Both the position numbers and the translations under genes were made by a program. A stretch of DNA of 32,000 nucleotides from the NCBI GenBank assembly GCA_002794465.1, contig MTSL01000146.1:12628-44627 (forward strand). The letters are read 5' to 3'. The notes below the pieces were generated by a model that did no database searches, was not told the origin of the DNA, and saw only the letters and a list, made by a program, of their open reading frames with translations. Source of the stretch: Paramicrosporidium saccamoebae KSL3. Its lineage: Eukaryota > Fungi > Cryptomycota. Positions 1 through 9,578 of this stretch are shown here, in pieces (position 1 is the first letter of the stretch; each line of letters starts with the position of its first letter).

Positions 1-481
1 AGTTGAATATAGAGGCTCCTTATGGGGGTGTATTAGACGTATATAAATCCTTTCAGATTTGTGCCGTTTATAAATAATTACTCTCAACACATTGAATATT
101 CTGATCAGGATCGCCAATAGGCACAAAGGCAGAGATTGTCGTATTGTAATGTATAGGATTCGCAACCTTGTGTCGCGTAGTGGGATAATACCACGGCCCA
201 GTTTAGGCGAGAAGAGAATTTATTCAGTCAATCCAACGACCCTTTTATAGTCTCCCAAATGGTAAAGATCTTATTATCCTTCATCGATTGTTCTGATTAT
301 CCTTCTCCAAACTAGGGAACTATTTCCAAAAGACATACTAATCAGTCTTCTACGTCACAACATGATGCATTATCCATGGTAACCCAGCTATATCACCCAT
401 GACAACCAAAGACCATAGATACCATCCATGGCAACGCATCGTTGCGTATATTTTCGCATTGTGCGCCATTCGCAAACAACC

Positions 482-1102
482 ATGCTGCTTTTTGCTGCAC
501 TTTTCCTCTTCTCTGTTGTTGTGGGCGAGGAGCAGATTACCAACCCATACCTCATCAACCCGTTGGAATTGCATGGAACGACACAATATCTCGTGTTTCA
601 TGGCAATTTGCGCTCAAACTATACATATGCAAGGACACGCTGCGTTGCCCTCGGCGGCGATCTCGTTGATGTGGACACTTTGGAGAATCTGCAATATTTG
701 ACGGCAAGGATCCACGGACCTGCGTTCATTTCTGGTTTTCTGGGAGACCATTTTGGGGACGAGTGCGCCGCTATTTATCCAGGAGGAGCGGTGGCAATTC
801 CGGAGCACGAGTGCAGATCCCGACTCGACAGTATCTGTGAGGTACCAGTGTTGGGAACCGGTGCGATCCATCTTGGCGCAGTAAGAGACTATTTGGGCGA
901 CAAGGACCACGAGTTGGCCGTACTGCCCGGCACCAAAGCTGATTTTCATGTGGTTCCCAAGGGCTTCTTCCGGCTGGCGGCTGACGGCGGTAATTTTGTA
1001 GTCGCTGCCAAACAGAATGGCGTAGTTACCACGACGATTAACATTTACGGCTCAATTGCTACGAACCCTGTGCTACCGTGTTGCAAGTGCTGCGGTCTAT
1101 AA
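482..1102 (+). CDS. Secreted C-type lectin-like domain protein
   Basis: ATG at 482 gives the signal peptide MLLFAALFLFSVVVG. It is followed by the CTLD pattern NYTYARTRCVALGGDLVDVDTLENLQYL...AFISG...C...C...ICE. The protein ends CCKCCGL. Confidence 0.7.
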   Translation: MLLFAALFLFSVVVGEEQITNPYLINPLELHGTTQYLVFHGNLRSNYTYARTRCVALGGDLVDVDTLENLQYLTARIHGPAFISGFLGDHFGDECAAIYPGGAVAIPEHECRSRLDSICEVPVLGTGAIHLGAVRDYLGDKDHELAVLPGTKADFHVVPKGFFRLAADGGNFVVAAKQNGVVTTTINIYGSIATNPVLPCCKCCGL

Positions 1103-1189
1103 CTACCCGGTGCATATGTCTGGCGCATAGACCCATAACTTTACTAGCTTCGACTAAAGTGTACTAAATCCAACCTTTTTATTCCACCT

Positions 1190-2224
1190 CTAGTTGTAAT
1201 TTACCTCTGGATCCGTCATATGCAGCGCATACGACAGTGCAATATTTACAAATTCTTTCACATAGTCGAAATTGACAGTCTTTGCTAAAGTATGGGAACG
1301 TCTTTTCGTCATGGTTCCTGAAGAGAGCCCTGCCACTGGATATCCGGCAACATGCCAGCTGTAGTAGTCACTACATGCGTATCCACATTTTATGTTTCTC
1401 ACGGGCAGTGTGCTATAAGACCCGATGAGTATTTGAAGGAGCCTGTTCATCCGACGATCCGTGTTATCTCTAATCAGGCCAATGGCTGCCTCTGCGCCCG
1501 AAGCCGTGTGAGAATCAATGTCAGTGTGCAGCACTGCAGCTGAGATGTTCTTCTTTTGGTAATGACGGATGACACTCTGGCTGCCGAGGAGACCGGCCTT
1601 TTCAGCCGAAAAGAAGAGGAATTCGATTGGACGGGTTATTTGTACGGCGGTGGAGGCGACCAGACGGAGGACCTCTAATTGAGCGACCACACTAGCACCG
1701 CCGTTAATAGGGGCGCTCAAAATGACACGATCCATCTTGTCCAAGGACATGTTCTTGTCAGGCGATTCTATTCGACAAGAAATGCTAAATTGAGGTCGCC
1801 CTTTGTGAATGATGCGCTGCGTGGTCACCCTCATGGGCGAATTCTTGGTTAGATGCCTGATCATCCGGAAAAGCCATTCTGTAGGCTCTCTTCCAGTTGT
1901 TGCTTTGCTGCGAGAACTGGCCAACTTGTTAGAATGCTTCTTCATCAGCTCCTTGTCAATGTCATCGATTAGGGTCCGGATCGTTGAGGCACGATGCTCT
2001 CGAAGCTTTGTGGGAAGTTTGGCCTTGGGAAGACTGTCACTTTTCTGCAACTCTGGACCATAGCTGATATCCATAAACGGCGCATTACGTACAATGAGAT
2101 CTTGCACCTCATCATCGTTCAGCTCCAATACTTCAAATTCCGTTTTTATCAGTCTCTTCCCGGGTTCTACCCTTGATGCCACAGTCAAGCAACTGAATAG
2201 TGATAGCAGGCTAGCGGCCCTCAT
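1190..2224 (-). CDS. Secreted M28 (leucyl aminopeptidase-like) homolog, probably catalytically dead
   Basis: Signal peptide MRAASLLSLFSCLTVAS from ATG 2224. M28 motifs IEFLFFSAEKAGLLGSQ and CGYACSDYYSW are recognisable, but the AHxDS and GADDxGSG ligand motifs are missing. Confidence 0.75.
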   Translation of the reverse strand: MRAASLLSLFSCLTVASRVEPGKRLIKTEFEVLELNDDEVQDLIVRNAPFMDISYGPELQKSDSLPKAKLPTKLREHRASTIRTLIDDIDKELMKKHSNKLASSRSKATTGREPTEWLFRMIRHLTKNSPMRVTTQRIIHKGRPQFSISCRIESPDKNMSLDKMDRVILSAPINGGASVVAQLEVLRLVASTAVQITRPIEFLFFSAEKAGLLGSQSVIRHYQKKNISAAVLHTDIDSHTASGAEAAIGLIRDNTDRRMNRLLQILIGSYSTLPVRNIKCGYACSDYYSWHVAGYPVAGLSSGTMTKRRSHTLAKTVNFDYVKEFVNIALSYALHMTDPEVNYN

Positions 2225-2454
2225 CACACAAGTGTCCTTGTCCAATCGCCTCATGTCCATGAAGCATTTTTCATTCCTCGTTACTATTTTTAGTTAGACA
2301 GTCCAATCAAACGGAAGATTTAATTAGCAAATAATAGGACAATAGACGGCAATCTTGACAACTGGATAAAAGTTGAATGCGAGAGACCTTGATGGGTCGA
2401 GGTGGCCCATGTGGATTATTAAACGTGGCTAGCTAGCCCACCACGTATCACTGT

Positions 2455-2913
2455 CTATAGGCCGTGCTCCAAATCCATCTCCATCCAGTCATGGAACCGA
2501 TCGCCGAGGCTTTGTTTGCCCTCTGGAACCACCGCTCTTCCGTTTCCTGATATATTCTTGGTTGTGGCAGGGACCTTTACGTCCTCTTGTAAAGTTGGTG
2601 TCCCGGGACTCTCCTTGGTGAGGCTAGGAACAGTGGCACTCGGCGCGGGTGATGGCGTTGCCGAGCTGCGGGGCGGATACCGCGCCAGTGCAATTTCAAA
2701 CTTGACAGTATCCATTAAAGTACTTTCTCAAAGAGCGTTTTGTGACGTTGGTGTCTCTCTAGTGCCTATCTGAGGTGAATCTGAAACAGTTCTGACGAAT
2801 GAGATATCTTTCAACCTTGGCTTCCGCGCTCCCGATTGGTCACTACGCTGGTCCGGCAACTTTATGGGATTGGCCGCTTGAGCAGTAGTAAGTGCCAAAT
2901 TTGAGTAGAACAT
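2455..2913 (-). other. Hypothetical Pro/Ser/Thr-rich ORF split by one in-frame TGA (2728-2730)
   Basis: ORFs 2728..2913 and 2455..2715 are in the same frame: ...GCT CTT TGA GAA AGT ACT TTA ATG... No family recognised. Confidence 0.3.
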
Positions 2914-3042
2914 TATTGTGTGACCATATAGGCGCTGGATTTAGGTGGAGCATTATTGTGAGACCATATAGGTACTGGATTTGAGTGTAATATTATTGTG
3001 AGACCACATAGGTGCTGAATTTGAGCGGGACATTGTGAGACC
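2892..3042. repeat. 40-bp degenerate tandem repeat, about 3.5 copies
   Basis: cattattgtg(t/a)gacca(t/c)ataggNNctg(g/a)attt recurs at 2911, 2951, 2991 and partially at 3031. Confidence 0.9.
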
Positions 3043-3179
3043 GCCATATCAGCTATCTATGGGCGGCCACTCTCAACACGCCGGATTGGGTATATGGATA
3101 GATATTCTGATTGGGGTTGCCAATAGACAGCGAATATTATCTTACAATAAGATTATCAGATTTCTTTGACAATTCTGTA

Positions 3180-4376
3180 ATGGTGAATTCTTTTCATGGA
3201 AACTCTTTCCCAAAGCTGCCGCAAGTGGGCGACATATTGATATATGACTGCCGGTCTGCGGAACAGAAAAGGATCAAGCTGTCAGCCAAGAAAATCCCCA
3301 TTCCCGTGACCCTAAAGTGCATCCAGTGGAACATTGAGCGTGGTTATAAACTCAATGACGTTATTACGGCGCTAAAGAGCCACCGTGCCGATATCATTTG
3401 TCTCCAAGAACTGGACATTCATTGCGAGCGCTCGGATAATAGAAACTGCGCGTTGGAGATAGCGGAGGCATTGCAGATGAAGTGCGCCTTTGTGACCGAA
3501 TATGAAGAGTTTCATTCTCCGTTACGCAGACCCCATCTCCAGGGCGGCGGCGTACATGGCAACGCGATTCTCAGTCGATTTGACTTTGAGCCGCGTAGCT
3601 GGCCACACCACCACCAACCTGTGGACTGGGACCGAGAAGGCCCCCTAATAGGCGAGCCGCGTCGTGGAGCCCGGGTTGTTCTTGCTGCTGATATACATGT
3701 GCCGGGACTGGATTCGCCCGTGCTCTGCTACTCGCTTCACTTTGAAGTGTTTACTGGCATTTTTGGGAGACTGCGGCAACTGGCTGATGTGTTTGCCCAT
3801 TCAAAGATCAACCAAGAGCGGACTCCAAGGCAGCTTATTTTCGGCGATCTAAATACAATGGCACATGGAATTGCACGACTCTCGTCCATGTACTGTCGCG
3901 ATGGAATGCGGCTGGGATCCCTTGGATATTCTGAGGCGGCCTGGTGGCAGAAGCATATTTTGTCATATACCCAGAATAGTCCCAACTCGGAAAAGTACCG
4001 TGGATCGCCCTTGAGCGATGAGGAAATGTCTTCTTTGATCAACCCCTACTTTTATGATCCATTCAGTGTCACAAAGGATACGACGTTACAGGGATATAGC
4101 GGAACATTTGCTGGTAAATTGGACTGGACAATGTTGAGGGGCTGGCACGTTTTGGGAAAGGGCATGGACAATCATCACTACAAATGGTCCGATCACAAAT
4201 TGCTCTATGTCATTCTGAGACCTGTCCTGGACGATGAAGGCGACATTGGCAAGGTGGCCTATGATGAATATCATGTGCCCCTGGATCATGGTCGAAGAAT
4301 GTCCTATCAGGCGGTCATGTTGGGAGCCGTGCTTGGTATTGCCTCAGTTAGTCTGGTTAGGCTATTTTATAAATGA
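3180..4376 (+). CDS. Endonuclease/exonuclease/phosphatase (EEP) family protein with C-terminal membrane anchor
   Basis: Motifs QWNIERG, IICLQELD, GNAILSRF, IFGDLNT, KLDW and SDHKLL are present. The tail AVMLGAVLGIASVSLVRLFYK is hydrophobic. First ATG is at 3180; the track start at 3111 is TTG. Confidence 0.8.
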   Translation: MVNSFHGNSFPKLPQVGDILIYDCRSAEQKRIKLSAKKIPIPVTLKCIQWNIERGYKLNDVITALKSHRADIICLQELDIHCERSDNRNCALEIAEALQMKCAFVTEYEEFHSPLRRPHLQGGGVHGNAILSRFDFEPRSWPHHHQPVDWDREGPLIGEPRRGARVVLAADIHVPGLDSPVLCYSLHFEVFTGIFGRLRQLADVFAHSKINQERTPRQLIFGDLNTMAHGIARLSSMYCRDGMRLGSLGYSEAAWWQKHILSYTQNSPNSEKYRGSPLSDEEMSSLINPYFYDPFSVTKDTTLQGYSGTFAGKLDWTMLRGWHVLGKGMDNHHYKWSDHKLLYVILRPVLDDEGDIGKVAYDEYHVPLDHGRRMSYQAVMLGAVLGIASVSLVRLFYK

Positions 4377-4631
4377 ACGAGGATTAAAATAAAGACCATG
4401 CTAATGAGCGAGAGCAAAAGTTTTTTACCAGAGTATGTGGCACCTGGCCTACCATTCTCACTTAATGCACCCGATTGTGGGACATGGCACTACTAAGATT
4501 ACCAACCATGAATGAGGGCACTGGTTAACGGAACGTTTATTGGTATATACGATCTATTGTAGATCATTTTTCATTTTTTGCCTTTTTGTACTTCACACTT
4601 TTGCTCTAGATATAAATTTATAGAACACAAA

Positions 4632-5336
4632 CTAGGCCATTGTGGGTAGCGGAAGGATGGTAACGATTGCAGAAATGACACCAAACAGTCCGATGGCGCT
4701 GGCGAAAATTTCAATAATCAGAATCTTGACAAACAAGGACGGATTCTGCGCATCTGCAATCACTGCACTACTGCCAATCAGGCCGACTGCGAGCGCACAG
4801 GAAAACTCGGCTATCCCCACCGTCACACCGGCCCAGAAGATGGCATATCCAATGTGGCAATTCTGGGGCGTTGCACTGGAATATTGTGCCAGCTTGCCGC
4901 TCATGATAACGTTGGTAATAATTCCATAAATAGCCACCGCTTCGCATAGCAAAACGCTGATGAGGTTCTTGGTGCGGACGCGAGGAACTTTGACTGTGGT
5001 GCCGAGCAGGGTGCTACCAATAGTAAAGATGCCCCTAGGGATGAGTAACAGGACGAAAGTGTACCATCCAGCTCCCAAGGCAGACAAGGAGAGGGAAATA
5101 GCCAGTCCTAGGGAGCCCCAAATGTATGGCGAAATTCCTAGGATGAACCGTCCAACTATGAACTGGGTATCCGGGCGGGTCAGCGTGTCCACCGTAATGT
5201 AAACGACCAACGCAATGATTAATATTCCCAGTATCCAGTAGTATAGCGAGTACCAGGAGTAGTATGACTGTGGACTGGGAGCCTCGCTCTCGGGAGCAAC
5301 CATTTCAGCGGGTGGTCTGTATCCAACACCACTCAT
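4632..5336 (-). CDS. VMA16: V-type ATPase proteolipid subunit c'' (21-23 kDa)
   Basis: Motifs RTKNLISVLLCEAVAIYG and LFVKILIIEIFASAIGLFG. Removing the 30-nt GT-AG intron 5035..5064 restores GAGWGIF. Confidence 0.93.
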   Translation of the reverse strand: MSGVGYRPPAEMVAPESEAPSPQSYYSWYSLYYWILGILIIALVVYITVDTLTRPDTQFIVGRFILGISPYIWGSLGLAISLSLSALGAGWYTFVLLLIPRGIFTIGSTLLGTTVKVPRVRTKNLISVLLCEAVAIYGIITNVIMSGKLAQYSSATPQNCHIGYAIFWAGVTVGIAEFSCALAVGLIGSSAVIADAQNPSLFVKILIIEIFASAIGLFGVISAIVTILPLPTMA

Positions 5337-5373
5337 CCTCGACTTTAACACGTAAATATTTTCGTTTCATTTA

Positions 5374-5717
5374 TTATTTTGGCAGCGCCTTGTCAATGTA
5401 GTCCTGCACAGTCTTGACACACTTGATCTGGGATTTGTTTGCAGTATGTGATACATATGGTTTTAGGGTAAAGTTGGTGAGATCGGGGATCATGAATTGT
5501 CTAATCTTTTTTGGGTCGAGAATGTAATGTGCTCCCTGGTAATGCCCGAGAGAGCCAGTTCCAGAACCTGAAAGTGTCAAACGTATGAGGCAACTCAGAT
5601 ACCCTTATAGTACTGCTTATTTCCATGCTTGGCAGGCATTCGACCCCTCCGCATCCAACGAACAAAAATGTGCTGTGATTTTAACTGTAGACCGTCCAGC
5701 GACTGCAGCAGCTTCAT
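5374..5717 (-). CDS. MRPL41: Mitochondrial large ribosomal subunit protein mL41 (yeast MRPL27-like)
   Basis: PAKHGNKQYYKG joined via the 35-nt intron 5568..5602 to SGTGSLG...FMIPDLTNFTLKPYVS. Start at ATG 5717 is inferred. Confidence 0.85.
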
Positions 5718-5892
5718 AAGATTTCCGAAATGTATTAATGTTAAATTGGCGCGTATCAGGCATAGGTGTTGACGCGCGAGAGTATGAGGTGGAGTTGAAT
5801 TTATCAGTCTCTCAACCATCGTGGGCAAGTTATTGTTGGGCTATAGTATCAATTATCTATCTATTCTAAAGTATCTACCCAATGGCCAGTGT

Positions 5893-6252
5893 TTATAGAG
5901 ACTCGGTTACTATTACATCGCCACTTTGGATTGCCTCATTGATATCGCGGGCACCCATGCTTTTCAATTCAGCTACGCGACGCCGATCGTTATGGCGCCT
6001 TGTCATAAAGTGCTCTGCCTACAAAATCTAGTACAACAGCACAGTTACCCATGAACTTGGACAGGCTTCTTTTAGCATTGATTTTAGTTCAGCACAAGCT
6101 GACACATCTTCCCCAGCTTCCCCGCCTTCTCCAGCTTTCCCATTCTGAACTGTATCATCAAGACACGCGAATAGTTTGTCGCGCACTGCCCAACATTTCT
6201 GTCGACTGGCTTTGTCCAAAGGACGATAATTCAAGTTGTCCGGGTCGGACAT
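5893..6252 (-). CDS. COA6: Cytochrome c oxidase assembly factor 6 (COX6B-like twin-Cys)
   Basis: RQKCWAVRDKLFACLD...CAELKSMLKEACPSSW. The 30-nt intron 6019..6048 joins AEHFMTRR...ESL*, with the stop at 5893-5895. Confidence 0.8.
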
Positions 6253-6366
6253 TCCAACAAACCACGCCAGCCAATCAAATCATCAGCCAGGGTTTCCGAG
6301 GAATTTACCAGCTTTCTTAGTCCCGGGGGCCAGTGAGGTCAATTAGCGCTAAATCTCCATCTCATA

Positions 6367-7314
6367 ATGACCGTTGCCACTATCCTCCCCTCTAACCTGA
6401 AAAAGCAGCTGCGTGACGTAACCCGCCTGCTCTCACGGCCCAACCTATCCGCAGACATCCGCCAACAACAGGAGCGTAAGCTACAGCACATCAACAGTTT
6501 GGTGCAAGAGCGCACTGTGGAGGAGAAACAGCGCAAAATGCGCTCCAAGTACGCCAAGGTGCGATTCTTTGAGAGCACCAAAGCACGTCGCCATCTCCGT
6601 CAGGCCGCAAAGGCGTTGGTCGCTGAACCGACTGAGGAGAATTTGCAAAAGTGGATGGAGGCCAAGAGGGACGTGATCTATGTCCAGGCCTTCCCTGAGA
6701 CTTCCAAATATATCAGTCTCTTCCCAAGCACGCCCCTTACTGAGGAAAAGGTTCTTGCCAAGCGCACTCAGATTCGCACCGAATTGGCGGAGAGGAACGA
6801 CTTTGCCACCTCTCTGCGTCTGGACGATGCTGTAGCCATGGCCCGTGCTGAGCTTAACGCCGAAGCGCCAAGCAAAGTTGACCAGGAAACTGCTGAAGCT
6901 GTTGAAACGTCAGAGTTGAAGCTGAGCATGGCCCTTGCACCCGGTAGTGGACGTGGTCGTGCTGACGATGACGAGGAAGATGATGAAGAAGATGAGGAAG
7001 ATGATGAAGAGGATGACGAAGAAGAGGAAGATAATGACAACGACAATGACAATGACGATGAGGACGGAGTGTCTGGTGATGACGGCGAGGAGGATGATGA
7101 CGAAGATGACGACGAGGGTGAAGACGACGAGTCTGACGATGAAGATGATGATGACGAAGATGACGACGACGAGTCTGATGACGATGAAGATGATGATGAA
7201 GATGACGAGGAAGAGTCATACTACGATTCTGACGATTCTGATGATGGCGAGGAAGCCGAAGGCAGTGATGACGATGAGAAAGATGAACCTCGCAAGAAAG
7301 CTCGTCATAACTAA
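6367..7314 (+). CDS. EFG1: rRNA-processing protein Efg1 with long acidic tail
   Basis: LKKQLRDVTRLL, KYAKVRFFESTKARR and DVIYVQAFPETSKYISLFP match the Efg1 pattern. Confidence 0.8.
   Translation: MTVATILPSNLKKQLRDVTRLLSRPNLSADIRQQQERKLQHINSLVQERTVEEKQRKMRSKYAKVRFFESTKARRHLRQAAKALVAEPTEENLQKWMEAKRDVIYVQAFPETSKYISLFPSTPLTEEKVLAKRTQIRTELAERNDFATSLRLDDAVAMARAELNAEAPSKVDQETAEAVETSELKLSMALAPGSGRGRADDDEEDDEEDEEDDEEDDEEEEDNDNDNDNDDEDGVSGDDGEEDDDEDDDEGEDDESDDEDDDDEDDDDESDDDEDDDEDDEEESYYDSDDSDDGEEAEGSDDDEKDEPRKKARHN
6964..7285 (+). repeat. GAN-codon low-complexity tract (poly-Asp/Glu) in EFG1
   Basis: About 105 codons dominated by gat/gac/gaa/gag. Confidence 0.9.
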
Positions 7315-7457
7315 GAGTTGAATAAAATTTCGAGATTGTTTTACCTGAGCTTTGAGAAGAGCATAACACGACGACACGGTTCCAAGCTAAAAGTTGAGAT
7401 TGTCCCCTCCGATACTAATGTCATGATAGTAGCCGTTGGACCCTGCCCTGGTAGCCA

Positions 7458-9356
7458 ATGACTGAACAAGTTGCAGAGTCTGCGCCCGTTATGGAGAGTG
7501 CCCCTAAAAAGTCAAGAACCGACGGATATGTACACTACGATGATATTAAGAGAGAAAATGCAGTGTTGGAAGATTATTATCGACGCCAAGAAATTATTCC
7601 GGACGAGGAATGGCCCCAGTTTCTGGCCGTTTTGGGACAAAATTTGCCCATTACGTTTCGTCTGACTGGTCATCGTGACGAAGCTGCATCCATCAACCGT
7701 CAGCTCCACGACGTCCTCCTCCCAACTCTTGGGACTGCAGCTCGCTCTTTGCCTTGGTATCCAGAGGGATATGCCTTTCACTTGGATACGGATCGCAAGT
7801 CGATGCGCACGCAGGAAGGCTACTCGGCCTTTCATAAATGGCTAGTTGCAGCCACTGAAAATGGAGACATTAGTAGACAAGAGGCAGTCAGTATGGTGCC
7901 TCCGTTGTTGATGGATATCAAGGCGGAGCATTTGGTATTGGACATGTGTGCTGCCCCAGGATCAAAGACGGCACAGCTCGTAGAGTATATGCATGCAGAC
8001 GCACAAAAGATGGACGTTGAGGCTACCGGATTGGTCATTGCCAATGATTCTGATCAACAGCGCGCATATTTATTATACCATCAGGTAAAGAGAATTCTGT
8101 CGCCAGGCCTGCTGGTCGCCAACAATGACGGTACCTCATTCCCCACACTGGTTGCAGCGGCCAATGGGAACTTTGAGCGCGTCTATTTTGATCGTATCCT
8201 GGCTGATGTCCCATGTAGTGGCGATGGAACCCTAAGAAAGAATGCCAACTTGTGGAAAACTTGGACACCCCATCTGGCACTTGGTCTGCATCCCCTGCAG
8301 ATTCGACTTTTGGATAAGGCAGTGAGATTGCTAAAAGTTGGTGGTAGACTTGTGTATTCTACGTGCAGCATGAATCCCGTCGAGAATGAGGCAGTACTTG
8401 CGTACATTCTGCATCAATACTCCCATGCTCTCCATCTGGTCGATGTTTCTTCTGATTTGGCTGGCTTGGAACGTCGTCCTGGCAAGTCCGGATGGAAGGT
8501 TCTTACCAAGGACGGAGCAGAGTATGAAAAGGCTGAGGATGTGCCTCAGGATCAACGAAAACGCTTCCCACCATCTCTATTCCCAAAGCCGGAATATTCT
8601 CAGCTGAATCTGGACCGCTGTCTTCGCATCTATCCCCATTTGCAAAATACTGGCGCCTTTTTTGTTGCAGTCATTGCCAAAACTGCCGATATTGATACTG
8701 TCGCAGCTGAGCCCTCAGCAAATAGCGCACCGCGTCCAGTGAAGAAGGGAAAGCGCAAGTTTGGTGTTCCCAAGACTGAAAGCGAGTTCCGTATTTTGGA
8801 TCCCTCTAATGATCCGGTTCTCGACAACATTTTCGATTGGTTCGGTATTGATAAGGAGCGTCTCATCCAAAATGGCTATGGATTCCTTGTCCGCTCGGAA
8901 CGCGACCCCATCAAAGTCGTCAGTCTCGTCTCGCCATGTGCCATGCCAATTTTCAAGGCCACCGTGTCCTCCCATCGTGTTGAGGGAGAGCAGGAATTGT
9001 ACAATGGATCCCTAAAGATTGTGAATGCGGGAGTGCGCGCTTTTGAAGTATACGAAAGTAACAGACCGGTTCCAGTAGACTGTCCATACCGATTGCTATC
9101 CGAATCAGTGGCCATCCTTCGCCCATACATGAACAAGCGCGTCGTCAAAGTCGAAAAAGAAGTCATTTTGCAATTGATTGACTGCCAAGATTCTGTAAAG
9201 ATTGAGATTGAAGGGCTCGACCAAGGAGGTGCTGTTCTCGAGGCAACCAACACTGAAGGAAATATGGTATGCATTCCCGTCTGGATCAGCGAACGAGGCA
9301 TAAAAGCATTTGTACCGAATCCCAATCGACCTGCACTGCGTCTCCAATTGGCATGA
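7458..9356 (+). CDS. NCL1: tRNA (cytosine-5)-methyltransferase, NSUN2/Trm4 family
   Basis: SRQEAVSMVPP, VLDMCAAPGSKT, FDRILADVPCSGDGTLRKN, VYSTCSMNPVENEAV. Both catalytic cysteines are present; no introns are needed. Confidence 0.95.
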   Translation: MTEQVAESAPVMESAPKKSRTDGYVHYDDIKRENAVLEDYYRRQEIIPDEEWPQFLAVLGQNLPITFRLTGHRDEAASINRQLHDVLLPTLGTAARSLPWYPEGYAFHLDTDRKSMRTQEGYSAFHKWLVAATENGDISRQEAVSMVPPLLMDIKAEHLVLDMCAAPGSKTAQLVEYMHADAQKMDVEATGLVIANDSDQQRAYLLYHQVKRILSPGLLVANNDGTSFPTLVAAANGNFERVYFDRILADVPCSGDGTLRKNANLWKTWTPHLALGLHPLQIRLLDKAVRLLKVGGRLVYSTCSMNPVENEAVLAYILHQYSHALHLVDVSSDLAGLERRPGKSGWKVLTKDGAEYEKAEDVPQDQRKRFPPSLFPKPEYSQLNLDRCLRIYPHLQNTGAFFVAVIAKTADIDTVAAEPSANSAPRPVKKGKRKFGVPKTESEFRILDPSNDPVLDNIFDWFGIDKERLIQNGYGFLVRSERDPIKVVSLVSPCAMPIFKATVSSHRVEGEQELYNGSLKIVNAGVRAFEVYESNRPVPVDCPYRLLSESVAILRPYMNKRVVKVEKEVILQLIDCQDSVKIEIEGLDQGGAVLEATNTEGNMVCIPVWISERGIKAFVPNPNRPALRLQLA

Positions 9357-9425
9357 AGGTATGAAGGTATGAGGGTATGAGGGTATGAGGATATGAGGTC
9401 AGGAGGTCAGGAGGTCATGAGGGTG
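9352..9425. repeat. 8-bp tandem repeat (atgaaggt/atgagggt/aggaggtc), about 9 copies, starting at the NCL1 stop
   Basis: Direct reading of 9352-9425. Confidence 0.85.
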
Positions 9426-9578
9426 TATTGGTGCGGTATAACGGCGTGGCATGTCGATAATATCTCAATGGTATATTGACAAAATCTCAGTGATATATTG
9501 ATAATATCCCAATGACTGATAATGTCTTAACAAAGAGTATAGAAAATACATTGAATTTACTTTGGGTTGCTAAAGTGA

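Noticed and set aside
1-481. ORFs 350-601, 399-701, 442-669 and possible RNA genes in intergenic DNA
   Set aside because: These are overlapping shadow ORFs of the lectin gene. I saw no tRNA, rRNA or snRNA signature anywhere in the window, though a covariance-model search was not possible.
2892-3042. CRISPR-like array
   Set aside because: The units are contiguous degenerate 40-bp tandem copies with no unique spacers, no cas genes are present, and the context is eukaryotic.
6768-7369. Poly-Ser, His/Arg-rich and Met/Thr/Lys-rich ORFs (6768-7052, 6854-7369, 6935-7321)
   Set aside because: They are shadow frames of the EFG1 acidic GAN-codon tract.
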